Position numbers and translations under genes: made by a program
Assembly: GCA_009929375.1 (NCBI GenBank)
Contig: SAAO01000003.1
Coordinates: forward strand, 53,128-117,127
DNA from: Bacteroidia bacterium
Lineage (GTDB): Bacteria > Bacteroidota > Bacteroidia > Bacteroidales > Paludibacteraceae
Reading direction: 5' to 3'
Length of the DNA: 64,000 bases
Notes under the pieces: generated by a model
Told to the model about the DNA's origin: nothing
Seen by the model: only the letters and a program-made list of their open reading frames with translations
Database searches by the model: none
Shown here: positions 27,456 through 36,813 of the stretch, piece after piece
Layout of the letters: each line of letters opens with the position of its first letter
Position numbering within the stretch: the stretch's first letter is position 1

Positions 27456-28472
27456 ATGGAAGAAAACTTCGATATACGAAACAATAAAAATGGCGAGAAA
27501 GAGTTCGAGAACGCTTTGCGACCACTGACTTTCGATGATTTTAAGGGACAAAACAAAATTGTGGAGAACCTGAAAATTTTCGTGCAGGCTGCCCGTATGC
27601 GCACCGAATCGCTCGACCATGTGTTGCTGCACGGGCCTCCGGGCTTGGGCAAAACAACGCTTTCGAACATCATTGCCAACGAATTGAATGTAGGCTTTAA
27701 AGTTACTTCGGGACCTGTGCTCGACAAGCCGGGCGATTTGGCCGGGCTGCTGACTAGTCTCGAACCAAACGATGTGCTTTTTATCGACGAAATTCATCGC
27801 CTGAGTCCTATAGTGGAAGAATATCTTTATTCCGCAATGGAGGATTATCGCATTGATATAATGATAGATAAAGGGCCAAGTGCGCGATCCATTCAACTCG
27901 AGCTGAATCCGTTTACGCTTATTGGCGCCACCACCCGCAGCGGATTGCTTACCGCTCCGCTCCGTGCCCGCTTTGGCATCAACAGCCATTTCGAATATTA
28001 TGATATCGAGGTAATTACAGGAATTATCAAGCGATCGGCCAATCTACTGAATGTGCCCATTGAAGAAAAAGCAGCCGTAGAAATTGGAGGTCGTAGCCGT
28101 GGTACGCCTCGTATTGCGAATGCATTGCTGCGTCGTGTGCGCGATTTTGCACAGGTAAAAGGCAATGGAACAATCGACCACGAAATCGCCCTTTATGCGC
28201 TCGAAGCTTTGAATATCGATAAATATGGTTTGGACGAAATTGATAACAAAATTCTGAATACCATTATCGATAAATTCAAAGGTGGTCCGGTTGGTTTAAC
28301 AACCATTGCTACAGCACTTGGCGAAGATGCAGGCACGCTCGAGGAAGTGTACGAGCCTTTCCTGATCAAAGAAGGTTTTATGAAACGCACTCCTCGTGGT
28401 CGCGAAGTAACAGAGCTTGCTTACAAACATTTGGGTAAAATAAAATTAAGCGAGCAGGGAACATTGTTCTAA
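27456..28472 (+). CDS. ruvB: Holliday junction branch migration DNA helicase RuvB
   Basis: [12 protein letters not shown], Walker [49 protein letters not shown]. Confidence 0.95.
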   Translation: MEENFDIRNNKNGEKEFENALRPLTFDDFKGQNKIVENLKIFVQAARMRTESLDHVLLHGPPGLGKTTLSNIIANELNVGFKVTSGPVLDKPGDLAGLLTSLEPNDVLFIDEIHRLSPIVEEYLYSAMEDYRIDIMIDKGPSARSIQLELNPFTLIGATTRSGLLTAPLRARFGINSHFEYYDIEVITGIIKRSANLLNVPIEEKAAVEIGGRSRGTPRIANALLRRVRDFAQVKGNGTIDHEIALYALEALNIDKYGLDEIDNKILNTIIDKFKGGPVGLTTIATALGEDAGTLEEVYEPFLIKEGFMKRTPRGREVTELAYKHLGKIKLSEQGTLF

Positions 28473-28520
28473 TCATATATAAACAAAGCACAATTAATCA
28501 ACTATTTAAATGATTTGATT

Positions 28521-29543
28521 ATGCAGCAAACAGATAAAAAGAATTACGAAATATTACTTGAACGCATTTCCGAAGTTTATACAAAAGGTCGGAACAATGC
28601 TGCTGTTGCTGTAAATCAATATCTTGTTGAAACATATTGGAATATTGGTCAGTATATAGTGGAGTTTGAGCAGGAAGGTAATCTTAGAGCTGAATATGGA
28701 AAAGAATTACTACCTAAATTATCAAAAGATTTATCACTAACACTTGGCAAAGGCTTTAGTTTGAGTAACCTAATAAGAATGAGGCAGTTCTACTCAACCT
28801 ATCCAATTTATGCGGAGCTTCCGCACAAATTGAGTTGGACACATTGGGTAGAATTATTGAAAATTGATAATGATTTAGAGCGTTCTTTCTACTTAAATCA
28901 ATCAATAAATGAAAGCTGGAGTACCACAGAGCTTATTCGTCAGAAAAAAACCTCACTCTTTCTTCGGCTAGCTGCATCAAAAGACAAAGAAGGAGTGCTT
29001 GAATTGTCGAAAAAAGGTCTGAAAGTTCAAAAGCCTGCTGACATTATTCGTGAGCCATATATTCTTGATTTCCTTCAGATTCCGGAACCATATCATTTCA
29101 ATGAGTCAGAATTAGAGCATCTGCTGATTACTAATCTGCAACAATTTCTGCTCGAACTTGGTAAAGGTTTTGCTTTTGTCGGACGTCAATATCGTATTAC
29201 ATTAGGCAATCGTCATCACTATATTGATTTGGTCTTCTATCATCGGATTCTAAAGTGTTTTGTGTTGATTGATTTAAAAAGAGATGAAGCCGGATATGAG
29301 GATGTCGGACAAATGAATATGTATTTAGGCTATTTTGAGAACGAAGAAAATACTGAAGGTGATAATCCTCCGATTGGTATTGTGCTTGCAAAAGAAAAAG
29401 ATGAATTGTTAGTGCAGTATGCCATGCATAATATCAGTAGTCAATTATTTGTCAGCAAATATCAATTGTATCTCCCCGAAAAACAATTACTTGAAGATAA
29501 ATTGACTGAAATTCTTCAAAAAAACAACGAATTAAATAACTAA
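28521..29543 (+). CDS. PDDEXK nuclease domain protein (YhcG / DUF1016 family)
   Basis: YhcG-like N-terminus ([29 protein letters not shown]). C-terminal [22 protein letters not shown] is a D..(D/E)xK core. First ATG is at 28521. AT-rich. Confidence 0.75.
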   Translation: MQQTDKKNYEILLERISEVYTKGRNNAAVAVNQYLVETYWNIGQYIVEFEQEGNLRAEYGKELLPKLSKDLSLTLGKGFSLSNLIRMRQFYSTYPIYAELPHKLSWTHWVELLKIDNDLERSFYLNQSINESWSTTELIRQKKTSLFLRLAASKDKEGVLELSKKGLKVQKPADIIREPYILDFLQIPEPYHFNESELEHLLITNLQQFLLELGKGFAFVGRQYRITLGNRHHYIDLVFYHRILKCFVLIDLKRDEAGYEDVGQMNMYLGYFENEENTEGDNPPIGIVLAKEKDELLVQYAMHNISSQLFVSKYQLYLPEKQLLEDKLTEILQKNNELNN

Positions 29544-29552
29544 CTCAATTTT

Positions 29553-29571
29553 CCCCTTTAGGGGTTAAGGG
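29553..29571. repeat. Short G/C word tract CCCCTTTAGGGGTTAAGGG between the DUF1016 gene and cysS
   Basis: Self-complementary CCCC-ttta-GGGG and CCCTT..AAGGG. Lies 9 nt after the stop and 4 nt before the cysS ATG. Confidence 0.45.
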
Positions 29572-29575
29572 TAAT

Positions 29576-31042
29576 ATGGAACATAAATTATACATTTACA
29601 ACACATTAAGTCGCAAAAAAGAGCAATTCATTCCGATACACGAAAATAAAGTGGGAATGTATGTTTGCGGCCCAACAGTTTATGGCGATGGTCATTTAGG
29701 TCATGCACGACCTGCCATTACTTTCGATATTCTATTTCGCTATTTGCAGCATTTGGGCTACAAAGTACGATATGTGCGCAATATTACCGATGTGGGTCAT
29801 TTGGAAAATGATGCCGACAGTGGCGAAGATAAAATTGCCAAAAAAGCGCGCCTCGACCAACTCGAACCCATGGAAGTGGTGCAATATTACGTAAACCGTT
29901 ATCACAAAGCCATGGAAGCGCTCAATGTGTTGCCACCAAGTATCGAGCCTCATGCTTCTGGCCATATTATTGAGCAGATTGAGTTTACGCAAAAAATTCT
30001 CGATGCGGGTTATGCCTATGTAAGCGAAGGTTCGGTATATTTCGATGTGGAAAAATACAACAAAGATCACCATTATGGTAAATTGTCGGGCCGTAATATC
30101 GACGAAATGCTTGAAACCACGCGAGAACTTGACGGACAAAGCGAAAAACGTCGCAGTGTGGATTTTGCACTTTGGAAAAAAGCCTCACCCGAACATATTA
30201 TGCGCTGGAATGCTCCCTGGAGTGTCGGCTTTCCCGGTTGGCATATGGAATGTTCAGCTATGGGAACAAAATATTTAGGCGAAGAGTTTGACATTCACGG
30301 TGGTGGTATGGATTTGATGTTTCCGCATCATGAATGTGAAATAGCTCAGAATCAGGCCGGCCTTGGAAAAAACAGTGTAAAATACTGGATGCACAACAAT
30401 ATGATTACCATTGCCGGACAAAAAATGGGAAAATCACTGGGCAATTTCATTACACTTGATGAGTTTTTTACCGGCAATCATAAACTGCTTTCGAAAGCAT
30501 TTAGTCCAATGACCATTCGTTTCTTCATTTTGCAGGCACATTACAGAAGTACTGTTGATTTCAGCAGTGAAGCCCTCGAAGCATCTGAAAAAGGTCTCGA
30601 ACGGTTGATAGACGGATATGCACGTTTGCAAAAGCTATCGCCAGCAGCTACAAGTACCGTCGAAACTGCCGGACTTCGTGCTAAATGCGAAGAAGCCATG
30701 AACGACGATTTGAACACTCCGATTGTCATTTCGTATCTCTTCGAAGCTTTGAAAGCCATTAATCTGGTACACGACGGAAAAGCAACAATTTCGGCAGATG
30801 ATTTGGAAGAATTGCAATCTGTCTTCAAACTTTTTGTGGAAGATTTGCTTGGATTAAAAGTGGAAACTGCCGCAACAGGCACCAACGAGGCTTACAAACA
30901 AGCCATTGATATGCTTTTGAATATGCGTCTCGAAGCTAAACGCAACAAAGACTGGGCGACAAGCGACAAAATTCGTAATGAGCTCACAGCTCTGGGCTTT
31001 GAGATAAAAGATACGAAAGATGGCTTTGAGTGGAAATTATAA
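29576..31042 (+). CDS. cysS: Cysteine--tRNA ligase
   Basis: Class I motifs HLGH ([10 protein letters not shown]) and KMGKS ([10 protein letters not shown]). 488 aa. Confidence 0.95.
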   Translation: MEHKLYIYNTLSRKKEQFIPIHENKVGMYVCGPTVYGDGHLGHARPAITFDILFRYLQHLGYKVRYVRNITDVGHLENDADSGEDKIAKKARLDQLEPMEVVQYYVNRYHKAMEALNVLPPSIEPHASGHIIEQIEFTQKILDAGYAYVSEGSVYFDVEKYNKDHHYGKLSGRNIDEMLETTRELDGQSEKRRSVDFALWKKASPEHIMRWNAPWSVGFPGWHMECSAMGTKYLGEEFDIHGGGMDLMFPHHECEIAQNQAGLGKNSVKYWMHNNMITIAGQKMGKSLGNFITLDEFFTGNHKLLSKAFSPMTIRFFILQAHYRSTVDFSSEALEASEKGLERLIDGYARLQKLSPAATSTVETAGLRAKCEEAMNDDLNTPIVISYLFEALKAINLVHDGKATISADDLEELQSVFKLFVEDLLGLKVETAATGTNEAYKQAIDMLLNMRLEAKRNKDWATSDKIRNELTALGFEIKDTKDGFEWKL

Positions 31043-31079
31043 CAATTTGCCAATGAGATAATAAGCCAATGTGCCAATG
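31043..31079. repeat. GCCAATG x3 word-stutter tract starting right after the cysS stop and supplying the RhuM ATG
   Basis: caatttGCCAATGagataataaGCCAATGtGCCAATG. The third ATG (31077) is the likely RhuM start. Confidence 0.6.
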
Positions 31080-31922
31080 AAAACCGAAGGAGAAATAATT
31101 TTATATCAATCAGATGATTCTACTCAGCTGGAGGTGAGAATTGAAAATGAAACGGTTTGGCTATCACTTAATCAGATGAGTGATTTGTTCGGACGTGATA
31201 AATCTGTTATATCCAGACACGTACGAAATATTTTTGAGGAAGGTGAGTTAGATTAAGTGTCAACTGTTGCAAAAAATGCAACAGTTCAGAATGAAGGAGG
31301 AAAAGAAGTCCTTCGCCAAATTGAATTCTACAATCTCGATGTAATTATTTCCGTTGGTTATCGCGTAAAATCAAAACGGGGAACTCAATTCCGCATTTGG
31401 GCAAACAGCATTCTGAAAGAATACTTGATGAAAGGATATGTGCTGAATAGCAGAATTGACAGGATTGAGAAGAAGATTTTCGAACACGACCAGAAATTCG
31501 ATTTATTGATTAAAACATCGCTTCCGCCCAATGAGGGAATATTTTACGATGGACAAATTTTTGACGCTTGGAAATTTGCTGCCGATTTGGTAAAATCAGC
31601 CAAAAAGTCGATTGTGCTGATTGATAATTATATCGACGAAAGCGTATTGCATTTGATGGCAAAACGGAAAACGGGAGTGAGTTGCACAATATATACATTC
31701 AAAATTTCAAAAGAAATGAAATTGGACATTGAAAAATTCAATGCACAATACGAGCCTGTTGAAGTAAGAATTTTCAGCAAATCGCACGACAGGTTTCTGA
31801 TTATCGACAACGAAACAGTGTATCACATTGGTGCGTCGCTCAAGGATTTAGCAAAAAAATGGTTTGCATTCTCGAAAATAGAACTGGATGCAACCGAAAT
31901 GATTAACAAACTAGAAAAATAA
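31077..31922 (+). pseudogene. RhuM-family protein gene interrupted by an in-frame TAA (31254..31256)
   Basis: IILYQSDD...VWLSLNQMSDLFGRDKSVISRHVRNIFEEGELD, then TAA, then the same frame continues VSTVAKNATVQNEGGKEVLRQIEFYNLDVIISVGYRVKSKRGTQFRIWAN. This is one contiguous RhuM-family sequence split by a single stop. Confidence 0.75.
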
Positions 31923-31928
31923 ATAATT

Positions 31929-32309
31929 ATGGAAACAACAAGACAACAAAAAATTTCGCGCATGCTTCAGAAAGAACTGGGCGAGATATTTCTGCTATAC
32001 GCCCGTAAACTTCAGGGCACTCTGATAACCGTTAGTTCGGTGCGCGTGAGTCCCGATTTGGGCATTGCACGCACTTACCTGAGCATTTTCCCAAGTGAGA
32101 AAGCCAATGCTGTTATCGAACAGGTAAATGCGGATACAAAAGCCATTCGCTTCGATCTGGGCAAGCGCGTCCGTCACCAATTGCGCATTGTACCCGAACT
32201 GTACTTTCATGTAGATGACTCGTTAGATTATCTCGAAAACATCGACAATTTGCTGAAACAAGATCCACCTTCACCACTGAAAGAAGGCGAGGAGATTGAA
32301 CTTGATTAG
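31929..32309 (+). CDS. rbfA: Ribosome-binding factor A
   Basis: R(Q)QKISRMLQKELGEIF...ITVSSVRVSPDLGIARTYLS...LRIVPELYFHVD. 126 aa. Confidence 0.9.
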   Translation: METTRQQKISRMLQKELGEIFLLYARKLQGTLITVSSVRVSPDLGIARTYLSIFPSEKANAVIEQVNADTKAIRFDLGKRVRHQLRIVPELYFHVDDSLDYLENIDNLLKQDPPSPLKEGEEIELD

Positions 32310-32312
32310 ATT

Positions 32313-33557
32313 ATGTCAGAGAGCCGGAATTACACAAACAAAAGCAGGCTGTCCTTTTCGTTAAGGATAGCCCGTCGCTATTTGTTTTCGCCAAAGTCGC
32401 ACAATGCCATTAATATTATTTCAGGCATTTCCGCTACCGGTGTAGCTGTGGGCACTATGGCGCTAGTCATTGTGCTTTCGGTGTTCAATGGTTTCGAGGC
32501 GCTGATTGGCGATATGTTTTCGGCTTTCGATCCCGATCTGAAAATCACGGCTGTGCAGGGAAAAACATTCGATGCAGGTAGCGCCCGTTTTGATGAAATC
32601 AGGAAAATGCCTGAAGTGGCTGTTTTCACCGAAGTGATAGAAGAAAATGCCTTGCTCCGTTTTGGCGAAAAACAAATGCCGGCTACCATCAAAGGTGTCA
32701 CCGACAATTTCAGAGAGTTGACTCAAATCGACAGCATTATTTACGATGGTGAGTTTGTGCTGTTCGATGGCGCTTTCGAGAGAGCTGTGCCGGGTGTAGG
32801 TGTAGCAGCAAAACTTGGTATGGGCGCTCATTTTGTCGATCCGCTTTATATTTTCGCCCCCAAAAGAAGCACAAAAATCAACCTGTTGCGCCCCGAAACC
32901 AGTCTGAATCAGGCGGGAACATTTCTTTCAGGCATTTTTGCAGTCAACCAGCTACAGTACGACGATCAGTATGTCCTTGTGTCAATTGGCCTTGCACGTG
33001 AGCTCTTTGAGTACGACAGCACTACTGTTTCGGCCATTGAATTAAAAGTGAAACCCGGCAGCGATATTGCAAAAGTTCAGAAAGAAATAATAAACAAAAT
33101 CGGTGATACTTTTTTTGTAAAAAACCGCTACGAACAACAGGAAAGTTTTTTCAGAATAATGAAAATTGAAAAATGGATTACTTTCCTTATTCTGAGTTTT
33201 ATTTTACTGATAGCCAGCTTCAATATTATCGGATCGCTTTCGATGCTTATTATCGACAAAAAAGATGACATTCAAACTTTGAAACATTTAGGTGCCGACA
33301 ATGGACTGATTAAAACCATTTTTCTGTTCGAGGGTTGGATGATATCAGCTGTAGGAGCTTTGGCAGGATTAGTGATTGGCACAGTTATTTGTTTAATTCA
33401 GCAATATTTCGGTTTGGTAAAAATGGGCTCCGGGTATGTTGTGGAAGCATATCCAGTAGTACTGCAGCCGGCCGACACGCTGTTGGTTTTCGTTACCGTA
33501 CTGATAATGGGGTTACTTGCAGCCTGGTATCCGGTACATTACATCAATAAAAAATAG
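32313..33557 (+). CDS. ABC transporter permease, FtsX/LolC-LolE family
   Basis: 414 aa. N-terminal TM helix, periplasmic domain and C-terminal 3-TM FtsX domain (DDIQTLKHLGADNG). Confidence 0.8.
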   Translation: MSESRNYTNKSRLSFSLRIARRYLFSPKSHNAINIISGISATGVAVGTMALVIVLSVFNGFEALIGDMFSAFDPDLKITAVQGKTFDAGSARFDEIRKMPEVAVFTEVIEENALLRFGEKQMPATIKGVTDNFRELTQIDSIIYDGEFVLFDGAFERAVPGVGVAAKLGMGAHFVDPLYIFAPKRSTKINLLRPETSLNQAGTFLSGIFAVNQLQYDDQYVLVSIGLARELFEYDSTTVSAIELKVKPGSDIAKVQKEIINKIGDTFFVKNRYEQQESFFRIMKIEKWITFLILSFILLIASFNIIGSLSMLIIDKKDDIQTLKHLGADNGLIKTIFLFEGWMISAVGALAGLVIGTVICLIQQYFGLVKMGSGYVVEAYPVVLQPADTLLVFVTVLIMGLLAAWYPVHYINKK

Positions 33558-33625
33558 TTTAGAGCATACAAATAACATAACAGCTGTTTTTCCGTTATTG
33601 AAAATATAATCTCCGACACAATCAG

Positions 33626-34261
33626 ATGCAGATCAATTACTTCAAATATTTTGCTATTATATTTACAATAATCGTTATGAGTTCGTGCTACGATCGCGAA
33701 CCACGTTTCGAGTATAAATACAACGACAAACCCGCATACAGCTGGGGTTATGCTGAATTTTACGGAGATTTTTACAATTATGCGGACATTGACCGCAACG
33801 TACTGACGCTTTCGCTTTTTTCCGATTCACTTTATGTAAACAACGAAGGAAGTCTGGCCGGACACGGACAATATCTTTTTGTAGAAGATATTTTTATTTC
33901 TGCAACAGACTCAGTGCTTCCGGCGGGCGTTTACAGAGCCGATACAACTGCGGCTCCGATGACTTTTTATCCCGGAGAACTCTTTGAAGTGGACGAAAAC
34001 AAATATCCTGTAGGCGCATATTTGTATTATATCGAAAAACGTCAGGCTTTCTCAACAGTAAAGTATATTTCGCGCGGCAGCTTTGATTTAAAAAGAAGCG
34101 CTGGAGATAAGTATTTTATCGAATTTGATTTTGTTATGTCAGACAGTTCTGTTGTGAAAGGTAGTTTTCAGGGAAAACTACCACATTTCAACAACTCCGA
34201 ACTGCCGGCTGACAAAGTACGAAAAAAGCTAAAACTCTTTTCTGAAATAAAATTTCAATAA
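33626..34261 (+). CDS. Hypothetical lipoprotein
   Basis: Lipobox VMSSC. 211 aa. No recognisable motif. Confidence 0.55.
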   Translation: MQINYFKYFAIIFTIIVMSSCYDREPRFEYKYNDKPAYSWGYAEFYGDFYNYADIDRNVLTLSLFSDSLYVNNEGSLAGHGQYLFVEDIFISATDSVLPAGVYRADTTAAPMTFYPGELFEVDENKYPVGAYLYYIEKRQAFSTVKYISRGSFDLKRSAGDKYFIEFDFVMSDSSVVKGSFQGKLPHFNNSELPADKVRKKLKLFSEIKFQ

Positions 34262-34267
34262 ACGCTT

Positions 34268-36667
34268 TTACTCTACTTCCCACTCGAAAACGCCGGTTGA
34301 GTTTTTCTCCGGCAATTCAATTTCCATTTTTATGGCAGTCGTTGTAATGGTTTTAAACGACACTGAGTTTGAAACACCCTTCTTTGTGCCATATTCATTG
34401 GTATTTTCTACCGGAATCCATTTCCCCCCGTTATCACGATAAAATACTCGCCACGATTGAGGCACGCGGCAACCACCCCAGGGACCATCGTCGTACCAGA
34501 AAACGGAACACGAACTGATGGATTTCGTTTCGGGAAATTCACACGAAATCCATTCGGTAGTTCCTCCCTTTTGCCACCAATGGTAATAAGGCACCGAACG
34601 GTCGTTTTCGTCTTTTGGCACAAGGCGGTCGTTGATAGCCGAAAGCGATTTCGATTGAACCGATGCTGCGATTTTACTTTCAGATGCAATGCTCGGAGCC
34701 ATTACAGGTCGCGTGGCGCTCAGTTCGTCGGGAAACCACACAGCCATTTCGCCACTGCCACGATGTGCCCATGCATAATACGGAATAAGCGTAAGCGTTA
34801 CATCACGGGCTTCAATTTTTCCGGCTTTGTTATAACTCAGTGTTTGAGCATCGGTCTGAAGTTGCGTGATTCCTTTCAGAAGTGCTGGCTTTTCCACAAC
34901 TTTAAATTCAGGTTTTCGGTTCATAATCACACTCAACACACTGAAATCGTTGTCGGGCCATTCAGCACAGTAAACTACCGGACCACGCTCTACGGCTAAC
35001 TTTCCCCTGTCAGCCTCAACCGCCGAATGTGCTTTCACTGTACGTGGTTCCATATCGAAATGCACTTCCACCACATCGCCTTTTTTCCACTGACGATTGA
35101 TGCTGAAATAACCGTTTACCGGATTCGATTTCTGAACCTCACCATTTACTTTTATGCTATACGAAAGCTGTTTACGGTCGCTATAAGTATATAGATCCGA
35201 TGGAACAACCTGTCCCTGCACCCAACCCGGAATACGGATTTTTAATTGAAATTTCTGCTTGCCAGAAGGATTTACATTGATTTTGATATCGCCATTCCAG
35301 GGATAAGCAGTATTTTGCTGAAGATTTACGTTCTTTCCGGCAACTTTAAGTGTGGAATTATTCGACATAAAAAGATTTACATACACTTCAGAATTGTGCA
35401 CGGCATACACATATCCCGGTACTGAAGGAATAAAGCGTGCAATATTCGAAGGACAACAGGCACAACCAAACCAGGGCTGACGCTGATGCTGGCCAATAGA
35501 TTCCAACGGATTTGGATAAAAAAATCCACCGCCATCGAGCGAAACACCTGAAATCAGACCATTATAAAGCGTACGTTCGAGCACATCGAAATATTTCGAT
35601 TCACCATGCAAAAGAAATAAACGGTAATTCAGATACACATTTCCAATAGCTGCACAGGTTTCGCAATAAGCCGACATGTTGGGAAGTTCGTAGTTTTTGC
35701 CAAAAGCTTCGCCGTGACTTGTGGCGCCAATGCCTCCGGTAATGTAGAGTTTTTTACTCACAATATTTTCCCAGATTTTATCAATGGCTTTTATGTAGCC
35801 CGAATCGCCTGTAAGTGCAGCCACATCGGCCATTCCTGTGTACATATAAGCAGCGCGGACAGCATGACCAACAGCTTCGTTCTGTTCCAAAACCGGCTTG
35901 TGCGACTGACTGTATTCATGTTTCATTGGAGTGAAACCTCTTTTGTCGAGTAAAAATTTTGCCAGATTCAGATATTTCATTTCACCGGTCAACACATACA
36001 GTTTTGCCAATGCCATTTCGGCAATCTGATGACCCGGAACCACGCAAGCCTGACCCGGTTTGTCGCCTACTTCGCGCACTGCACAATCGGCATATTTTAT
36101 GGCAATATCCAGAAAATTACGTTTCCCCGTTGCCTGATAATGTGCAATCGCACCTTCGAGCATGTGACCGAGGTTATAAAGTTCATGACTGAGGTCTTCT
36201 TCCTTTTCCCAACGCTTCGAACCAGACCATGCGTGCGGATGCTTGGGATTCATTGTACGCGAGGTGTATAAATATCCATCAGGTTCCTGCGCTTTTGCCA
36301 CAATCAACAATACGCTATCTATATATTTATTAAGTTTCTTGTCAGGAAAAGTCTGCATGGAATAACTGGCACCTTCGATCGTTTTATACACATCGGTATC
36401 ATCGAACGAAAAACCTTCCACTTTGTATTTTTCACTTGGATTGGCAGCCTTCACAAAATTTTCGTAACGTCCGGTTTCTTCACATTTGCTGAATGCCAGA
36501 GGAATAGTTACTTCACGGCTTGCCTTCAGCCTTTGTCCCCAAAACTGGTCGGTTACCTTTACGTTTGTAAATGGCACAGGCGAAATAGGATAACCTGCTG
36601 ATTTTTTCTGAGCAGACAGAGAAATTGCCGATACGAAAAGCAAAATGATAACAACTGATTTTTTCAT
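34268..36667 (-). CDS. Glycoside hydrolase family 127 (beta-L-arabinofuranosidase-like, DUF1680) with C-terminal discoidin-like domain
   Basis: Start at ATG 36667 (MKKSVVIILLFVSAISLSAQ signal peptide). ETCAAIG and FGCACCPSN Cys motifs as in HypBA1-type GH127. Confidence 0.8.
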   Translation of the reverse strand: MKKSVVIILLFVSAISLSAQKKSAGYPISPVPFTNVKVTDQFWGQRLKASREVTIPLAFSKCEETGRYENFVKAANPSEKYKVEGFSFDDTDVYKTIEGASYSMQTFPDKKLNKYIDSVLLIVAKAQEPDGYLYTSRTMNPKHPHAWSGSKRWEKEEDLSHELYNLGHMLEGAIAHYQATGKRNFLDIAIKYADCAVREVGDKPGQACVVPGHQIAEMALAKLYVLTGEMKYLNLAKFLLDKRGFTPMKHEYSQSHKPVLEQNEAVGHAVRAAYMYTGMADVAALTGDSGYIKAIDKIWENIVSKKLYITGGIGATSHGEAFGKNYELPNMSAYCETCAAIGNVYLNYRLFLLHGESKYFDVLERTLYNGLISGVSLDGGGFFYPNPLESIGQHQRQPWFGCACCPSNIARFIPSVPGYVYAVHNSEVYVNLFMSNNSTLKVAGKNVNLQQNTAYPWNGDIKINVNPSGKQKFQLKIRIPGWVQGQVVPSDLYTYSDRKQLSYSIKVNGEVQKSNPVNGYFSINRQWKKGDVVEVHFDMEPRTVKAHSAVEADRGKLAVERGPVVYCAEWPDNDFSVLSVIMNRKPEFKVVEKPALLKGITQLQTDAQTLSYNKAGKIEARDVTLTLIPYYAWAHRGSGEMAVWFPDELSATRPVMAPSIASESKIAASVQSKSLSAINDRLVPKDENDRSVPYYHWWQKGGTTEWISCEFPETKSISSCSVFWYDDGPWGGCRVPQSWRVFYRDNGGKWIPVENTNEYGTKKGVSNSVSFKTITTTAIKMEIELPEKNSTGVFEWEVE

Positions 36668-36694
36668 GGTAAAACGTATGTTTCTGATTTGAGA

Positions 36695-36702
36695 CAAAAA
36701 TA
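36695..36702 (-). promoter_or_regulatory. -7 box TATTTTTG (minus strand)
   Basis: Exact TAnnTTTG, 28 nt upstream of ATG 36667. Confidence 0.45.
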
Positions 36703-36813
36703 AATAAAAAGTAAATAATCTATAGTGTAAAAATGATTCAATCGGGTGCATCGATTTCCGAATCGATAAATAAACTTCGCATACTCGCGAACCGGAAATC
36801 GCGTAACCTTACC

